Counted from the stretch's first letter, positions 15,541 through 29,400 are shown. The stretch is DNA of 64,000 nucleotides from Eledone cirrhosa (GCA_964016885.1 OZ024764.1:28086001-28150000); one strand, 5' to 3'. Translations and numbers: made by a program. The notes: generated from the sequence alone by a model not told the origin.

Positions 15541-16174
15541 AAACACTTATATACAAACATCTATACTCCACATATATACACTACAACATATATAGAACAC
15601 AAGCAATCATTGAATACTCTATATATAAAATAATTGTTTCTACTTTTGGCACAAGGCCAGCAATTACCCCAGTGTATTACTGGTACTTTATTTTATCTCA
15701 TAACTGTTTCTACTTTTGGCACAAGGCCAGCAATTACCCCAGTACATTACTGGTACTTTATTTTATCAACCCCGTAAGGATGAAAGGCAAATTTAACTTC
15801 AGCAGGATTTAAACTCAGACGGTAAAGGGGCATAACTCTATGCTACAAAGCAAGATGTCTGACCCTCTACCGATACTGCCAATCCACCGTCTGACCCTCT
15901 ACCAATACTAGAAACACATGGAGTGGGACACTAAAAAGGGCTATCAGGCAGGATCTACCTCTACTTAGGGATTAACTGTGTCCTCAAAAACTGGACGATA
16001 ATGGATGATAATAAACCCTGAAAGGATCAAACATGTTGGCCTCAGAGAACTGACAGCCAGAACAAATACTGCACAGCATTTTATCAAATGCTCTACCGAC
16101 TTAGCCAAACCATCGCACTGTCTATATCTGCTGGGTAACAATGAGATTTCAGATGATTTCGGGTAGGTTGGTGT

Positions 16175-17283
16175 TTAACCCTTTAAAATTTACATTACTC
16201 TATATATACTATTGTATTGTCACAGTAAAGGCTTTACCTCACATAATATCTCACATAACATTTACATTACTCTATATATACTATTGTATTGTCACAGTAA
16301 AGGCTTTACCTCACATAATATCTCACATAACATTTACATTACTCTATATATACTATTGTATTGTCACAGTAAAGGCTTTACCTCACATAATATCTCACAT
16401 AACATTTACATTACTCTATATATACTATTGTATTGTCACAGTAAAGGCTTTACCTCACATAATATCTCACATGACATTTACATTACTCTATATATACTAT
16501 TGTATTGTCACAGTAAAGGCTTTACCTCACATAATATCTCACATAACATTTACATTACTCTATATATACTATTGTATTGTCACAGTAAAGGCTTTACCTC
16601 ACATAATACCTCACATAACATTTACATTACTCTATATATACTATTGTATTGTCACAGTAAAGGCTTTACCTCACATAATATCTCACATGACATTTACATT
16701 ACTCTATATATACTATTGTATTGTCACAGTAAAGGCTTTACCTCACATAATATCTCACATAACATTTACATTACTCTATATATACTATTGTATTGTCACA
16801 GTAAAGGCTTTACCTCACATAATACCTCACATAACATTTACATTACTCTATATATACTATTGTATTGTCACAGTAAAGGCTTTACCTCACATAATACCTC
16901 ACATAACATTTACATTACTCTATATATACTATTGTATTGTCACAGTAAAGGCTTTACCTCACATAATACCTCACATAACATTTACATTACTCTATATATA
17001 CTATTGTATTGTCACAGTAAAGGCTTTACCTCACATAATACCTCACATAACATTTACATTACTCTATATATACTATTGTATTGTCACAGTAAAGGCTTTA
17101 CCTCACATAATATCTCACATAACATTTACATTACTCTATATATACTATTGTATTGTCACAGTAAAGGCTTTACCTCACATAATATTTACATTACTCTATA
17201 TATACTATTGTATTGTCACAGTGAAGCCTTTACTGTGACAATACAATAGTATATATAGAGTAATGTAAATGCTAAAGGGTTAA
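16175..17283 (+). mobile_element. MITE with 60-bp array and an inverted left end replacing the right end
   Basis: TTAA-CCCTTTA start, ~17 units, then the reverse complement of the left end from 17225. Confidence 0.82.
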
Positions 17284-17330
17284 ATGTTTGATATGAGTTG
17301 CTTATGTTTGTGTCGGTAATGCTGCTGCTG

Positions 17331-17361
<31 letters not shown>

Positions 17362-17479
17362 AACAACACATCCCTACAACACACAATCTCTACACTGTTA
17401 CATCTACCACCACTACTACTACAACCTCTACACTGATTCACTGACCAACATACTACAACCTGACTGTCTCATCTACCAT

Positions 17480-18150
17480 AAATACTACACGCCACACCAC
17501 ACTACACTACACCACCTCACCACCACTACATCACCACGATCATTCCACACCTCACAACATACATAACAACAGCCACACCACCACAAGACCACCATAACAG
17601 CCACTCCACCACAACAGCCACACCACCACAACAGCCACTCCACCACAACAGCAACACCACCACAAGAGCCACACCACCACAAGACCAGCCACTCCACCAC
17701 AAGAGCCACACCACAAGACCAGCCACTCCACCACAAGACCACCACAACAGCCACTCCACCACAAGACCACCACAACAGCAACACCACCACAACAGCCACT
17801 CCACCACAAGAGCCACACCACAAGACCAGCCACTCCACCACAAGACCACCACAACAGCCACTCCACCACAACAGCGACACCACCACAAGACCACCACAAC
17901 AGCCACTCCACCACAAGACCAGCCACTCCACCACAAGACCACCACAACAGCAACACCACCACAACAGCCACTCCACCACAAGAGCCACACCACAAGACCA
18001 GCCACTCCACCACAAGACCACCACAACAGCGACACCACCACAACAGCCACTCCACCACAAGACCATCCACTCCACCACAAGACCAGCCACACCACCACAA
18101 GACCACCGCTATAACAGCCACGCCACCACCCCACCTCACCATCACCATTG
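17480..18150. repeat. CAC/CAA-rich low-complexity minisatellite
   Basis: CCACCACAAGA / CAGCCACT modules. Confidence 0.85.
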
Positions 18151-18217
18151 CCACCATTATATATCCCCATCCTGTCCTTCCTTGACCTCATATGATAAGG
18201 TAATAACAGTATCTTAC

Positions 18218-18264
18218 CTTGGAAAACACACCAGCAAACCTCCATAATCCGCCAAAACCAATAC
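18218..18264 (-). CDS. NF1: Neurofibromin exon (47 nt, phase 1 to 0); absent from the ORF track
   Basis: Manual translation gives (S)IGFGGLWRFAGVFSK, matching NF1 SFGFNGLWRFAGPFSK. ctctAG acceptor, AAG|GTAAGA donor. The following exon was not found in the window. Confidence 0.93.
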
Positions 18265-18329
18265 CTAGAGAAATAAAAGTATATTTATATTTATTACATT
18301 CGTCATCAATAGTTCCCACAATCTACAAC

Positions 18330-18965
18330 CAGCAAATTGCTCAACTTACGGAGTTTCTATATCTCCGTTACAAACTATCATCAAAGAACAATGAAATGGT
18401 TGCTGCACAGTATCGCATGGCACTAGGTTGGGCAGCTTTCAACAAGAACAAGAAAGTACGAACATCAAAATGAGTTTCCTATCATTTGAAGGCTAAGATC
18501 TTCGATACTTAACGTATTTCCAGGCGCCAAAGGCGCTTCGTCTTCAAGGATGCACCCTAATTTTAACAACCAAAAATTTGAAAAAAAATAACTGTTTCTA
18601 CTTTTGGCACAAGGCCAGCAATTATCCCAGTGTATTACTGGTACTTTTTTTTATAAAAAAAAATAATAAACAACCTTTGGCCTCCAGGACGCATGGTAGA
18701 TTTTTGAGACTTATTTTAGGGATGTCGGTACATCCTACCAGTTGTGTTATATGGTCTTGACTGTTAATTGGACGACAAGGTCACTTCAGAAGCTCTCTAC
18801 ATTCCAGAACCACATCATGAGACTTATGACTGGCAAGTGGCTCAGCGACCATATCTGTATCAGTGAGCTGCTCAACATTACTAGACTTGGACCAATTACA
18901 TCAATTGTCCAGTTAAGAGTACTCAAACTATATGGTCATATAAAAGATCAACTTATGGTGTGAGT
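18330..18965 (+). mobile_element. Decayed RTE-like LINE 3' region with a small insertion
   Basis: Fragments RMALGWAAFNKNKKV, KLSTFQNHIMRLMTG, LKLYGHI, running into the 136-bp array. Confidence 0.6.
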
Positions 18966-18969
18966 AGGT

Positions 18970-20272
18970 TATGGAAGGAAGGTTGGCTGGTAACAAAAGC
19001 AGAGGGCGGCAGCCAAAATCATGGCTTGATAATGTCAACCTATGGACTGGACTTGTTCTTTGCTCTTTAAACTCTGCTGTTGGTGATTGAAAGGTATTAT
19101 ATATTCCTGGAAGGAAGGTTGGCTGGTAAGAGAAGCAGAGGCTGGCAGCCAAAACCACGGCTTGATAATGTCAACCTATGGACTGGACTTGATCTTTGCT
19201 CTTTAAACTCTGCTGTTGGTGATCGAAAGGTATTATATATTCCTGGAAGGAAGGTTGGCTGGTAAGAGAAACAGCCTGGCAGCCAAAACTATGGCTTGAT
19301 AATGTCAACTTATGGACTGGACTTGATCTTTGCTCTTTAATCTCTGCTGTTGGTGATCGAAAGGTATTATATATTCCTGGAAGGAAGGTTGGCTGGTAAG
19401 AGAAGCAGAAGCTGGCAGCCAAAACCATGGCTTGATAATGTCAACTTATGGACTGGACTTGATCTTTGCTCTTTAATCTCTGCTGTTGGTGATCGAAAGG
19501 TATTATATATTCCTGGAAGGAAGGTTGGCTGGTAACAAAAGCAGAGGCCGGCAGCCAAAACCATGGCTTGATAATGTCAACCTATGGACTGGACTTGATC
19601 TTTGCTCTTTAAACTCTGCTGTTGGTGATCGAAAGGTATTATATATTCCTGGAAGGAAGGTTGGCTGGTAAGAGAAGCAGAGGCCGGCAGCCAAAACCAT
19701 GGCTTGATAATGTCAACTTATGGACTGGACTTGATCTTTGCTCTTTAATCTCTGCTGTTGGTGATCGAAAGGTATTATATATTCCTGGAAGGAAGGTTGG
19801 CTGGTAAGAGAAGCAGAGGCCGGCAGCCAAAACCATGGCTTGATAATGTCAACTTATGGACTGGACTTGATCTTTGCTCTTTAATCTCTGCTGTTGGTGA
19901 TCGAAAGGTATTATATATTCCTGGAAGGAAGGTTGGCTGGTAAGAGAAGCAGAGGCTGGCAGCCAAAACCATGGCTTGATAATGTCAACTTATGGACTGG
20001 ACTTGATCTTTGCTCTTTAATCTCTGCTGTTGGTGATTGAAAGGTACTATATATTCCTGGAAGGAAGGTTGGCTGGTAAGAGAAACAGAGGCTGGCAGCC
20101 AAAACCATGGCTTGATAATGTCAACCTATGGACTGGACTTGATCTTTGCTCTTTAATCTCTGCTGTTGGTGATCGAAAGGTATTATATATTCCTGGAAGG
20201 AAGGTTGGCTAGTAAGAGAAGCAGAGGCCGGCAGCCCAAACCATGGCTTGATAATGTCAACTTATGGACTGG
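18970..20272. repeat. 136-bp tandem array (~9.5 units)
   Basis: ORFs recur every 136 nt (19350, 19486, 19622, 19758). Confidence 0.95.
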
Positions 20273-20749
20273 AGTTTAAACTCTGTTATTGGTGATGGAA
20301 CTTTGTGGAGAAAAATATCTCATGTTGATGAGCAGTCTGCAAATAGTGGAGTTTAGTAGTAGTACATTCATCACCTGGCAACCATTTCCAACTGATCATC
20401 TGGCTGGATTCCATATACAAATCTATGGTTATGTTGTGAGATGGCCTGTCCCTCCTCGTATTGGTGCCATCTAGTACCGGGGCCCCAAGACTATGGCTAC
20501 GCCGTAAGATGGGTTAGGCTCCTCGTATCGGTGCCGTCCAGAACCGGGCCTCAAAACTATGGCTATGACAAAATGGATGCTAAATAGTGATGATGATGAT
20601 GATATATAATACCAATTAAAAGATATCATCATCATCATTTAATGTCCGTGTTCCATGCTTGCATGGGTTTGGACGGGAGTTTTCCCACTTGAGGCAAGAG
20701 TGGTTGTCTTGCTCGCATAGGACTGTCTGGCGGGTTTTCTACAGTTGGA

Positions 20750-20821
<72 letters not shown>

Positions 20822-20888
20822 ATGCATTGTAAGAGAAACACAGAATTTTGTAAATATAGCACACAATATTTAGGAAAACGTACATACT

Positions 20889-22231
20889 TTAACCCTTTAA
20901 CATTTACATTACTCTATATATACTATTGTATTTTCACAGTAAAGGCTTTACCTCACATAATATCTCACATAACATTTACATTACTCTATATATACTATTG
21001 TATTTTCACAGTAAAGGCTTTACCTCACATAACATCTCACATAACATTTACATTACTCTATATATACCATTGTATTTTCACAGTAAAGGCTTTACCTCAC
21101 ATAACATTTACATTACTCTATATATACTATTGTATTGTCACAGTAAAGGCTTTACCTCACATAATACCTCACATAACATTTACATTACTCTATATATACT
21201 ATTGTATTTTCACAGTAAAGGCTTTACCTCACATAATATCTCACATAACATTTACATTACTCTATATATACCATTGTATTTTCACAGTAAAGGCTTTACC
21301 TCACATAACATTTACATTACTCTATATATACTATTGTTTTGTCACAGTAAAGGCTTTACCTCACATAATACCTCACATAACATTTACATTACTCTATATA
21401 TACTATTGTATTGTCACAGTAAAGGCTTTACCTCACATAATACCTCACATAACATTCACATTACTCTATATATACTATTGTATTTTCACGGTAAAGGCTT
21501 TACCTCACATAATATCTCACATAACATTTACATTACTCTATATATACTATTGTATTTTCACAGTAAAGGCTTTACCTCACATAATATCTCACATACCATT
21601 TACATTACTCTATATATACTATTGTATTGTCACAGTAAAGGCTTTACCTCACATAATACCTCACATAACATTCACATTACTCTATATATACTATTGTATT
21701 TTCATGGTAAAGGCTTTACCTCACATAATATCTCACATAACATTTACATTACTCTATATATACTATTGTATTTTCACAGTAAAGGCTTTACCTCACATAA
21801 TATCTCACATAACATTTACATTACTCTATATATACTATTGTATTGTCACAGTAAAGGCTTTACCTCACATAATATCTCACATAACATTTACATTACTCTA
21901 TATATACTATTGTATTGTCACAGTAAAGGCTTTACCTCACATAATACCTCACATAACATTCACATTACTCTATATATACTATTGTATTTTCACAGTAAAG
22001 GCTTTACCTCACATAATATCTCACATAACATTTACATTACTCTATATATACTATTGTATTTTCATGGTAAAAGCTTTACCTCACATAATATCAATCTATG
22101 AGATTTTGATATTATTTATTTTGAGAACAATACCTTAACATAAGTATGAGTAGCCAGTTACAGCCAGTTTGAACAGAAAGAGGTGAGGGAATTCTGGCCA
22201 GATATGGTCGTTTTAAATGCTAAAGGGTTAA
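20889..22231 (+). mobile_element. piggyBac-like MITE with expanded 60-bp/47-bp internal array
   Basis: Same TTAA/TIR ends; ~20 units of ACATTTACATTACTCTATATATACTATTGTATTTTCACAGTAAAGGCTTTACCTCACATAATATCTCACATA-type sequence. Confidence 0.85.
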
Positions 22232-22312
22232 ATTTTGTACGTTTTCCAAAATATTATATGCTTTATGACAGAAGACAGAAGAGGAAAGAAGACAAAAGAG
22301 AGAAATACATAC

Positions 22313-22452
22313 TTTGTAGAAATGACAGCTGCTGTTGAGAAGAATCTTCACAGGCGATCATATTTTGGATGATGCTTTGTACGGCATTAAGGATTGCCTG
22401 GTCTTGGCTCAACGATAACACCGAATTGATTTTAGCATCAAGGAGACTATGT
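22313..22452 (-). CDS. NF1: Neurofibromin exon (140 nt, phase 2 to 1)
   Basis: HSLLDAKINSVLSLSQDQAILNAVQSIIQNMIACEDSSQQQLSFLQ, similar to NF1 HNLLDSKINTLLSLCQD. tttacAG acceptor, GTATGT donor. Confidence 0.95.
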
Positions 22453-22546
22453 CTGTAAAGTGAGAGAGGAAACCACAGAATCACACTCTGCAAAAACTAA
22501 ACTATCATATTCCATATTAACAGGATTTAGACTTAGGGACGCCCAG

Positions 22547-22583
22547 GGCAGTTAAGTTTTGATTGCTCCTTTATATAACAACG

Positions 22584-22614
<31 letters not shown>

Positions 22615-22848
22615 GTATGTAAAAGGTAAACAGAAATAACAACACAGTCAGTACAGTATATGGAAGGGATATATTAGGTTAACGCAGTTAAGTTTTGATT
22701 GCTCCTTTATATAACAACACACACACACACACATATATATATATATGTATGTAAAAGGTAAACAGAAATAACAACACAGTCAGTACAGTATATGGAAGGG
22801 ATATATTAGGTTAACGCAGTTAAGTTTTGATTGCTCCTTTATATAACA

Positions 22849-22884
<36 letters not shown>

Positions 22885-22986
22885 GTATGTAAAAGGTAAA
22901 CAGAAATAACAACACAGTCAGTACAGTATATGGAAGGGATATATTAGGTTAACGCAGTTAAGTTTTGATTGCTCCTTTATATAACA

Positions 22987-23024
<38 letters not shown>

Positions 23025-23095
23025 GTATGTAAAAGGTAAACAGAAATAACAACACAGTCAGTACAGTATATGGAAGGGATATATTAGGTTAACGC
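22547..23095. repeat. ~135-bp tandem repeat x4 with internal (CA)n(TA)n
   Basis: GCAGTTAAGTTTTGATTGCTCC...GGATATATTAGGTTAAC repeated. Confidence 0.9.
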
Positions 23096-23108
23096 TTGAT
23101 ATAGCAGG

Positions 23109-23144
23109 TCTTAACGTTTCGGACGCTAGTCCTTCATCAGAAGA
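23109..23144 (-). ncRNA. Ultra-minimal hammerhead (family D)
   Basis: TCTT-CTGATGA-A-GGAC tagc GTCC-GAAA-CG-TT-AAGA; the ACGT palindrome would need a dimeric fold. Confidence 0.68.
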
Positions 23145-23561
23145 AAGAATGAGAAATAAGATAGATTGAGGGGACGGGCGGGGTGGAATTGGAAAAAATG
23201 TCTTTAGAAGTTTATCCCAGATTCAATCAGGGGTAACCACAGTAAGTAAGGTACTCAATACATAGCAGAATATGAATATTTAATATAGAAATGGCTTCTA
23301 CAGGACTAGAACTGTTTTATTCGGGAGAAATCATCAGGAAGTGAACAACACAATATATAACTACTCCATTACCAAAGGTTTCTGGATCCCAGACAATATT
23401 AACATATGTCTAGTTCACTCATTAGATAGAGTAGGGCCCTAAAACCTTTGGTAATGGAGTAGTTATATTTTGTGTTGTTCACTTTCTAATTAAACAGCTC
23501 TGTTCTACACATAGAGCACTCTTTTTTTTTCCATTGCCTTTTCTTCGGAAATACTTAACAT

Positions 23562-23612
<51 letters not shown>

Positions 23613-23736
23613 AAAGTTCTATTTAAATTGTTGTGATACAAGCAAATATTTTTATAACTGATATAAAGCACTCAACAAGTATTTGGAGTAAATATACGAT
23701 ATTAACAATTGGAAACTATATTTATAAAACCATATT

Positions 23737-23936
23737 TATTTTATTATACATATTTCAAGGACACCATGTTAAATTATGGTGTGCTTTCATCAGACAAAAT
23801 ACAATATAGATCAGTTTTATAAATAAATATTGAATATAAATTGAATATAAATATAAAACTGATCTATATTGTATTTTGTCTGATGAAAGCACACCATAAT
23901 TTAACGTGGTGTCCTTGAAATATGTATAATAAAATA
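23737..23936. ncRNA. Pair of divergent hammerheads (23737-23801 minus; 23872-23936 plus) in a fold-back
   Basis: TATTTTGT-CTGATGA-AAGCACACCA...TGGTGTCCTT-GAAA-TATGTA-TA-ATAAAATA in both arms. Confidence 0.75.
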
Positions 23937-24661
23937 AATATGGTTTTATAAATATAGTTTCCATTTGTTAATATCGTATATATAAAGGGTTTACCTCACA
24001 TAGTATCTCACATAACATTTACATTACTCTATATATACTATTGTATTTTCACAGTAAAGGCTTTACTTCACATAATATCTCACATAGCATTTACATTACT
24101 CTATATATACTATTGTATTTTCGCGGTAAAGGCTTTACCTCACATAATATCTCACATAACATTTACATTACTCTATATATACTATTGTATTTTCACAGTA
24201 AAGGCTTTACCTCACATAATATCTCACATAACATTTACATTACTCTATATATACTATTGTATTTTCACAGTAAAGGCTTTACCTCACATAATATCTCACA
24301 TAACATTTACATTACTCTATATATACTATTGTATTTTCACAGTAAAGGCTTTACCTCACATAATATCTCACATAACATTTACATTACTCTATATATACTA
24401 TTGTATTTTCACAGTAAAGGCTTTACCTCACATAATATCTCACATAACATCTCGTATACGAGAGACGTGTGTTGACGTGTGTGAACAAGCTCGGCTACCG
24501 AGTCGGATTTACTTACTCAAAAAGTGAGTTTTGATTAATTTTTTTATACTGTAATATACGTTAACCCCTTGCCTTGGTCGTCAAACTTTGAGTTTATTTA
24601 TTTTCGCCCCTTTTTGGGGCGAATTTTCCAGTTAAAAATTTATTACGGCAAACTAATAGAA

Positions 24662-26404
24662 ATGGACGGAATTTTCACATCTCATCCTAACGTGAAAGCC
24701 ACGCCCCCTAAGAAAGGTGATACAGAGAAGCTAGAAGCACAAGGCTCTAAGTCTTCCCTCCTCACTTCTGCAAAAGAAACATGGAACACGGAATTAAAAG
24801 AAAAATTTGTAGAAATGGGTGAAAACCCAGAAAGTCACATAAACGCAGACAAAAACATCAACGACAATAACAGCAATAGTCACAACACCAACCAAGGAAA
24901 AAATAACGATAACACCAAACAAAGTGAACCCACTACTGGTACCTCCTTTGCACAGGCGGTCCGGAAAACACAAACCTGCAAGCAACTGGACATTACAACT
25001 CTGAGAGAAAAGATGAAGGAAGCGAAACAGTATGTAACTTTCAAAGAAGGAGGAGACTTCACAATCACCTCCCCACAAGAAATCAAAAGAGACACGACGC
25101 TAAGAACGATATCTTTCAGAACAATTTCCAACATAACAAGGAAACCAACTCAATTATCCCAAAAAGAGATTGAGCTGGTCCTAAAAAATGTGTGGAGTGA
25201 TATATCGTTCATACAAAAAGGGCCACTCTATGGGAATATAACGGTCCTAATGAAGGATCAATTGACGGCCAGGAAATACTCTGTGGCACCAATTGTTTCC
25301 AAGATATATACATTTTTCCCCACATATTTAGGGAAAAGAACGCAGAAGATAAGGGTCTCCGGAATCCGGCCAAATGCATGCATTTCCTGGGTACTAACAG
25401 GATTTTTAGAAGACGAGGACGGAATCCTCTCAGTAGGAGAAGTCACCACAGACGTTTTCGGCGGTTTGAGCGTGGAGGTTCTGGTCCAAATGAGACCAGA
25501 ACGAATCGCTAGAATACCACAGAGGGTGTCCCTCGATGGAGAAACATTTATATATATTTCAGCCGAGGGTAGGAGGCCCATATGTTACTACTGTTCAAGC
25601 AGGGGTCATCTAAGGGCTGCTTGTCCTCAATTGACAAAAAAAAAGGCTCTTTTGCCTACACCCCACACACCACCACCGCCACCACCACCACCACCACCAC
25701 CTCCACCACCACCACCACAACAACAACAAAAACAACAGGGAAAAATAACACAAGACACGGCCCCACCCAAAACAACTCCCAAAACACACACAAATACAAC
25801 AAAACCCCAAAATACACCACTACCCGACAGCACGGACGAGGACCCAGCGGAAACGGCACCTAGTGACGAAGAGGGGGAACCCTTCCAACCTGTAAAAAGG
25901 AAAAAAAGAAAGCACCACTCGAACATAAACGAAACAAACACACAACCACCAACAAAAACAAAACAAACAGAACAAACAAAATCCGCCCCACCCCAAAACA
26001 TAACACATACAACAAAACGTAAGCACACACAAGAACAACAAACAAACACAACACAAATAAAACAGTATACATACATTAACACAAATAACAAAGAACTAGT
26101 AAAAACAATACACAAAGACCCTTTGGTGGAAACTGAAGGGCAATTCTTTGCAAGCGCGGCCAACAAACCGCATTTAAAAATGATAAGACTCCCAATGGAC
26201 ACCTATGCAAAACTAAGAGAGAACTTTCCTGAGGACGTGGGGAAAACATGTACTCGACCCTATAACCGCGTCCTCTTGAAACGTTTCCCCACCCACACCT
26301 CACCAAACACCCCCACTCCACCACAGAACAACACCCCACCAAACAACCCCTCCAATACGCCCATGGATATTGTGCAACCTGCTCCTCAGGAGCCGAACAG
26401 GTAG
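24662..26404 (+). CDS. Tx1/L1 ORF1, gag-like nucleic-acid-binding protein
   Basis: First ATG at 24662. CCHC knuckle CYYCSSRGHLRAAC; Pro/Thr/Gln-rich tail with KRKKRK basic patch. Confidence 0.85.
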   Translation: MDGIFTSHPNVKATPPKKGDTEKLEAQGSKSSLLTSAKETWNTELKEKFVEMGENPESHINADKNINDNNSNSHNTNQGKNNDNTKQSEPTTGTSFAQAVRKTQTCKQLDITTLREKMKEAKQYVTFKEGGDFTITSPQEIKRDTTLRTISFRTISNITRKPTQLSQKEIELVLKNVWSDISFIQKGPLYGNITVLMKDQLTARKYSVAPIVSKIYTFFPTYLGKRTQKIRVSGIRPNACISWVLTGFLEDEDGILSVGEVTTDVFGGLSVEVLVQMRPERIARIPQRVSLDGETFIYISAEGRRPICYYCSSRGHLRAACPQLTKKKALLPTPHTPPPPPPPPPPPPPPPPQQQQKQQGKITQDTAPPKTTPKTHTNTTKPQNTPLPDSTDEDPAETAPSDEEGEPFQPVKRKKRKHHSNINETNTQPPTKTKQTEQTKSAPPQNITHTTKRKHTQEQQTNTTQIKQYTYINTNNKELVKTIHKDPLVETEGQFFASAANKPHLKMIRLPMDTYAKLRENFPEDVGKTCTRPYNRVLLKRFPTHTSPNTPTPPQNNTPPNNPSNTPMDIVQPAPQEPNR

Positions 26405-26425
26405 GTCCTTCCTCTTTTAACCAAC

Positions 26426-29400
26426 ATGGCTGATATAAGAGTTGGGTTTCTGAATGTACGTGGCCTGGGACTGTCTTGGAAACAAGGCAAACTTTTAAAC
26501 GATCTCAGGTCACATAGAATGGATGTAATGGCTATTTGCGAGTCCAGGATCAGCAGCGAGCACCAACTGGCGCCCCTCTTCGACGACTTTGAGATCTTCG
26601 CATCTCTCTGTCAACCGGGGGGTGGGGGTGGAGTTGTCGTTCTGCTGCGAAAACACCTGGGCCTCGCCATACAGAAGGTGCACCTGGACCCGGAGGGTCG
26701 ACTGGTGGTTTTAGACGTCGGCAGTAGTGAAAGTGGAGCCCTTAGACTAATAGCTGTGTACGCCCCTTTTTGGGCAGCGCGGCCGGAATACTTCCAACGT
26801 CTGGAAACTTTTCTGGGAACGTCCCGCTCCTTGCTTTTAGTGGGGGACTGGAATGGTATCCTGGATGCACGTTGGGACTATGTAGGGGCATGTGCCAATA
26901 GAGGGGGGTGTAAAAGCCTCAAAAGGTTAATCGGCCGATTTGACCTGGCCGATAGATATCGACTAGATTTTCCGACTGTACCACTATGGACGTGGACCAA
27001 TCGCAGTGGAACATCTAGGTCGTACCTAGATAGGGTCCTAGTTAGAGAGAACGATAGGGACACATTTAGCTGTCCAAAAATGTTCATGGTTGACTATTCG
27101 GATCACAAGTTAGTGACCTGCATAGCCAACCTTGATAGAACCCATAGACAGGGACCCGGTTACTGGAAGCTGAACTTGTCCTTACCGAGAAGCAAAGCTT
27201 ACAGTAAACGGATTAGCACGTTAGTTAAGCAGAATTTGACAGGGGCAATTGTCAACAACAGGTGGTGGAGCTCTCTTAAGAGAGCAATTAGAATAGAATC
27301 GATAGGTTTTAGTCAGGAATTAGCAAGGGATAGGAACAAGACGGAAAGGGAATTAGTAGATAGAGTAGAAGAGGCGATTAGGAGTGGCAATGTAGCCGGC
27401 GTGCTGGCATCAAGAATGGCCTTAGACCAGTTCTTTGAGGTGAAGCATGAAGGCTGCGTTGTCAGGAGTAAAATACGTGCTCTGGGTAATGAGGGAGCCA
27501 AAGCTGTAAGCTGGGCCCGAGTGACAGAGGCAAAAAGTGGGAACAAGTCCACGATTCGGTCTTTGAAGGACCAGGATGGGCGTGTGATCCTTGAACCTGG
27601 GCAGATGTGTGCGGCCTTTCAGCGGCACTTTGCACGACTGTTCGAGAGGGGCGGCGCGCCGGGTGAGACTATGGATTTCAATCCATACCTCGACGGTCTG
27701 CCGCGCCTCTCGGACGCGGAGGCGAAGTCCTGCGAAAGGACGATTTCAGCTGCTGAGATAGGGGCGGCGCTGAGCCAATGCGGCAAACGCAAATCCCCGG
27801 GTCTCGATGGTCTACCATACGAGCTATATGTAGCGATGCCGGACTTGTTCTCCGATATCCTCGAAGCGGTCTACTGCAACTGGCAGCAGAACGGGAGAAT
27901 TCCCAGTTCTGTGACCAAGGGCGTAGTTACGCTGGTGAGGAAGGATGAGAACAAGGGGGATGACATAAGTAACTTCAGGCCCATAACTCTGCTAAATACA
28001 GAGTTAAAGATTTTGGCCAAGGTGTTAGCGAAGAGGTTGGCGCTTGTCGTTGGAAACCTGGTGGGAGAAGCGCAGACATGCGCAATCCCATCCAGGTCCA
28101 TTCACGACAATCTCCACCTTATGCGATACATCATAGAGAGGGTAGGGAATGAACCCGGCTTTGGTGGGGCCCTGATCAACTTGGATCAATCTAAAGCTTT
28201 CGATAGGGTTGACCATCGTTACCTGGATGCGGTGCTCGCGGCGGCAGGCTTCGGACCCGTTTTCAGGGGTTGGATTGCTGCGATGCACAGCAGCAACGTC
28301 TGCTCAAGGGTCAAGGTGAACGGCCACCTCTCGGAGCCGTTCCAAATCATGCGATCCATCCGACAGGGATGCCCTCTCTCCTCCCTACTGTATGTGCTGG
28401 CTCTTGAGCCACTACTGCGGAAGTTGGAGCGGTTGCAGGGCATCCCTTTGGAACCGGGATTGCAGAAAGCGGCGTCGGCCTACGCCGATGACGTGACAGT
28501 AATGGTGTCGAAAACCTCGCAAATCGGTGAGATCGGCACCTTACTGGAGGAATATGAAAGGTTTACAGGAGCCAAGCTGAACCGGGACAAGTCCGTCGGT
28601 TTGCAACTCGGAACATGGAGAGGCAAACCGATGCCCTCCAACGACGTCGTCGGACGCTGGACGGAGGGCCCGGTGAAGCTGCTTGGGGTCTGGTTCGGAC
28701 CAGACCTCCAGGTGGAGAAAAACTGGAACGAGGTAACGGCCAGGGTGTTTGCACTCACCCAGAAGTGGGCCCAGTGCAAACTATCCCTGAAAGGTCGAGC
28801 GGAGGTGGCGAATACTTATATAGCATCCGTCATCTACTACCGCTTGACCGTCGTGCCTTGCCCAGTGAAAAGACTCGCCAAAATGGAGTGCGCGCTGTTC
28901 CAATTTCTTTGGAACAAGCGGACCCCTTTGGTGAGGAGATCCATCTGCTGTCAACACCCTTCGAAAGGAGGGCTGGGGATGCCGTGGCTACAGATGCGTA
29001 AACACGCATTAAGGCTACGGCACCTCCAGGTATTCCTCACCGGTCAACCGGTGTGGGCCCCGTTTGTGAGGCGAGCCTTTCCCAGACTCGTCTCGCTCAC
29101 CGAGCTGCAATCCTGGGTCAAGCAAAGACCGAGAAAAGTGGGCGACTGGCACATTGAATGTGCCCAGGCGCTCACGGCCCTCTGGAAAGCGGACCCGGCA
29201 ATCAGTGGAGACTCCACCTCGACATTCTATAGAGGGTTGGTACGCAGCAGGTGCGACGATGCTCTCGGAGAAGCTCTAGGCATGGAGGAAGATGAACTGG
29301 CCAGTCTGTTCGGTAGGACGTTTGGCCCTGGACCGATGGACAACTTCCAAAAGTCCCTGGCTTGGCAGTGCTACCGAGGGGCTCTACCCGTTCGAGACAA

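Noticed and set aside
16141-22138. Long ORFs (365-438 aa) of HIISHITFTLLYIYYCIVTVKALP repeats
   Set aside because: Translation of the 60-bp MITE array, open only because the unit lacks stops in those frames.
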